Source: an uncultured Candidatus Peribacteria bacterium
GTDB lineage: Bacteria; Patescibacteriota; Gracilibacteria; Peribacterales; Peribacteraceae
Length of the DNA: 64,000 bases
Assembly (NCBI GenBank): GCA_964458645.1
Contig: CAYWJU010000001.1
Coordinates: 99,784 to 163,783 of the forward strand
Direction: 5' to 3'
The translations under genes and the position numbers were made by a program. Shown here piece by piece: positions 61,843 through 64,000 of this stretch. The stretch's first letter is position 1. Each line of letters opens with the position of its first letter. Below the pieces are notes generated by a model. It was not told where the DNA came from, ran no database searches, and saw only the letters and a program-made list of their open reading frames with translations.

Positions 61843-64000
61843 TTACCGGGCTGGGAGTGCCGGCAATGCGGCACGCTCGGTCTCGGGTACGGGTTCCCAG
61901 CGCAAGCCATCGGCGGTCAGACGTTCGCGAGTTTCGCCGTTGGCTCGGTAGTATGCACGGGTCGTGCCTTCAGAAACCTGGCACAGATACGAGAAAGCGC
62001 CGACTCGCGGGCGAATCCACTGCCCCCTGTTGTCGCGGCTGTCGATGTCGCGCATCCACTGCAAGTCTTCACGCGCCAGGAAGCGCAATGCCGTGGCGCC
62101 AGGGAACGTGACTGCATAGGAACCTGGGCGATCGGCGGCGGTATTCAGCGTCACAGCGACACGGAGTGCGTTCGGCGCATCGCCAGACTGTGCCTGCACC
62201 GGCTGTGCGGTCACTCCCACGTCGCGCAACTTCGCAGCATCGTTGGCGCCTTCGACGTTTGCAGAGAAGGTGTAACGCAGGCGCGGCGGACGGTCGCCGT
62301 CTTCCTCCACGGCGATGGTGACGGAAACATCTTCCGGCGGCGGGCCGGGTTCGGTGCGCGCAATGGTTGTCGTGCTGCCGACGCTGAGCAGGCGTTCCGG
62401 CAATGCGAGTGAGTTCTGCAACGTGGGCAATGCCTCCTGCGGAGCATAGGCCAGCGTGACCTGCTGGCGGACGGTATCCGCGAGCAAGCGGTAGCCGGGG
62501 TGTGCGGCAAGCATGGTCGAACGGTAGTCCTCGGTCAGGAACGGAAGTTCCATGCGGCGCATGTCTTCCAGGCGCGCATTGAATTCGCGAATCCGTGCGC
62601 GGAGACCATCGATGGGTTCGGCAGCACCGGTAAGGCTTTGCCAATGACGCGTGAGCTCACCGCGCAGCACGGCAGCGGATACCAGACGGAGTTGAGGGGC
62701 TGCGGAAGTTCCTGCACCTACGACCTCTGGCAGGATAAGACCACGCTGACCGGCAATGGTCATTTTGCCCGACGGGAAGGCGGTTGATCCAAGCGCGGCG
62801 AGCAAGCGCGTTGCGGTATTGAGTACGGATCCGGCATCGTCTTTCACCTGCGGCAAGTAGTTATTGATATCGCCGACCATGCGCTGCAACAGCAGCATAT
62901 TCGGCGTTGTGCGTGTGGCCTCGGTGCGCAGAGCAGTGGTGTCCGCGGTCAAACGGCTGCGCAAGAGTTCTTCCTGCGTCTTTTCGCGGGCGGCATTGGA
63001 TGCGGCGTGGTCGATACGAATCGGCATGTACTCCACGACTGCAACGCCATCGACATACACCGATGCGCAGAGCAGCTTGCCCCATTCGCTTTGCGGCAAC
63101 ACGCCGTCACGACCGGCATAAGCGCCCCACTGACGATCGGCGCGCTCCTCTTGAAGAAGGAGTGCGGTCGTGCGCGGCGCGCCCAGAGGCGTAATGACCT
63201 GGAAGCGCATTGCATCGCGACCATTCGGAGTCACGCGAAGGATGCAGCCTCCAAGATCGATATCCCGTGCCTCACCGGGAACCAGTCTGGGCACGAAGAC
63301 TTCTGTCTGCTGCATGGTCTGGAAATTGCGACGCAGCGCCGTAAGCGTGTCGCGGTTAAGAACGAATTGGCGTGTTTCCAATTCCGAAACTACCCGTTCC
63401 AAGAAGACGTCTTTGCGCACTGCTCGCACATACATGGGCTCCAAGAGCTGCAAGAGCGCCTCGCGGAAATCTGTGAGTACGCCTGCTTCGTCATCGCCCG
63501 TCTCCGCTGTGCACAAATTCAGGATTGCCGAGAGCGAAGCACGGTGAGGCCGTGAGTCGATGGCATTGCTGCGGCGCGGTGCCAGCTCGGCGGCGTTGCC
63601 CGCCTGCGTCAGTCGAATGGTACGAGGCGACGAAGGAGATGTGAGTTCCAGCACGCGATCAATCGCGGCGACGAAGTTCGCCTTGGCTGTTGCGCCGCCT
63701 TCGGTCATATCGGCAAGACGCTTGTTGATTGCCTGCAGTGCCTTCGTTTCCTCTGCCGCGTTGCCAATGGCAGCGCGTAAGTCATTGGCAAGCGGCCTAT
63801 CTGCGACCTCGAGCGTGATGTAGCTCGTAGCAATACGATCAACCAATTCAATGGCCGAACCAGCAACATTCAAACGTGCGGATTTTGGTGCAGACGGACG
63901 CTCGGCAAGCACCGCCTCAATGTGTGATACAACTTGTTCACGTGCACGACGGTTGTCCGTAGGCAGCGTTGCAAGGTGGCGATTCAGGGCGCCCAGCGAC
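61843..64000 (-). CDS. large orphan protein, more than 718 aa (5' end beyond the right edge)
   Basis: The frame stays open from the GTG at 63912 up to position 64000, so the true start is probably outside the window. No recognised motif. Confidence 0.65.
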   Translation of the reverse strand, partial: SLGALNRHLATLPTDNRRAREQVVSHIEAVLAERPSAPKSARLNVAGSAIELVDRIATSYITLEVADRPLANDLRAAIGNAAEETKALQAINKRLADMTEGGATAKANFVAAIDRVLELTSPSSPRTIRLTQAGNAAELAPRRSNAIDSRPHRASLSAILNLCTAETGDDEAGVLTDFREALLQLLEPMYVRAVRKDVFLERVVSELETRQFVLNRDTLTALRRNFQTMQQTEVFVPRLVPGEARDIDLGGCILRVTPNGRDAMRFQVITPLGAPRTTALLLQEERADRQWGAYAGRDGVLPQSEWGKLLCASVYVDGVAVVEYMPIRIDHAASNAAREKTQEELLRSRLTADTTALRTEATRTTPNMLLLQRMVGDINNYLPQVKDDAGSVLNTATRLLAALGSTAFPSGKMTIAGQRGLILPEVVGAGTSAAPQLRLVSAAVLRGELTRHWQSLTGAAEPIDGLRARIREFNARLEDMRRMELPFLTEDYRSTMLAAHPGYRLLADTVRQQVTLAYAPQEALPTLQNSLALPERLLSVGSTTTIARTEPGPPPEDVSVTIAVEEDGDRPPRLRYTFSANVEGANDAAKLRDVGVTAQPVQAQSGDAPNALRVAVTLNTAADRPGSYAVTFPGATALRFLAREDLQWMRDIDSRDNRGQWIRPRVGAFSYLCQVSEGTTRAYYRANGETRERLTADGLRWEPVPETERAALPALPAR

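Noticed and set aside
1-64000. A CRISPR array, an integron, or an IS, transposase or prophage.
   Set aside because: The short GC-rich hairpins are not regularly spaced direct repeats with unique spacers. No cas, integrase, transposase, reverse transcriptase or phage structural ORF is recognisable in any frame.

Overview
This is a compact bacterial chromosomal segment, about 55-58 % GC by eye with three clearly AT-richer patches. I call roughly 75 protein genes, 5 intact tRNAs (Val-GAC, Lys-CTT, Ile-GAT, Leu-CAA, Met-CAT) and one decayed tRNA-Lys copy. I found no rRNA, no CRISPR array, and no recognisable transposase, integrase, reverse transcriptase or phage structural gene. Housekeeping genes are thrS (partial, left edge), dnaA, rseP, dut, ftsZ-ftsA, a stand-alone 5'-3' exonuclease, truB, prs, ruvC, recF, rpmG, trxB, a PPi-type phosphofructokinase, a murL-like/murD pair, grpE and an archaeal-type PEP carboxylase. 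The rest is mostly membrane proteins and large orphan proteins, including a 1261-aa HExxH protein and a convergent pair of 650 aa and more than 718 aa at the right edge. Genes are tightly packed, with many 1-4-nt overlaps. The gene content (VirB2-like pilin, comF, scattered replication and division genes, many orphans) is reminiscent of a small-genome uncultivated lineage (CPR/Patescibacteria-like); this is inference only. No named multi-gene defence or mobile system could be recognised; the candidates below are structural oddities and orphan proteins. The most unusual signals, all read by eye, are: (1) three loci (tRNA-Ile, tRNA-Met, and the start of the exonuclease gene) where a 71-76-bp insert with a GC-rich hairpin (7-bp stem, 3-nt loop) is flanked by 20-24-bp direct duplications of the target, leaving an intact functional copy; (2) roughly 100-bp triplet-periodic palindromes in the leaders of truB, trxB and thrS; (3) two 113-bp REP-like double-palindrome modules in inverted orientation bracketing the segment that carries the 1261-aa protein; (4) low-GC islets next to tRNA-Val and tRNA-Ile, the first with a degenerate att-like repeat; (5) a ThrRS with an N-terminal YbaK-like domain; (6) a murL-like/murD pair suggesting the L-Glu-then-epimerise route for peptidoglycan D-Glu. 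All family calls rest on motif recognition without database searches.
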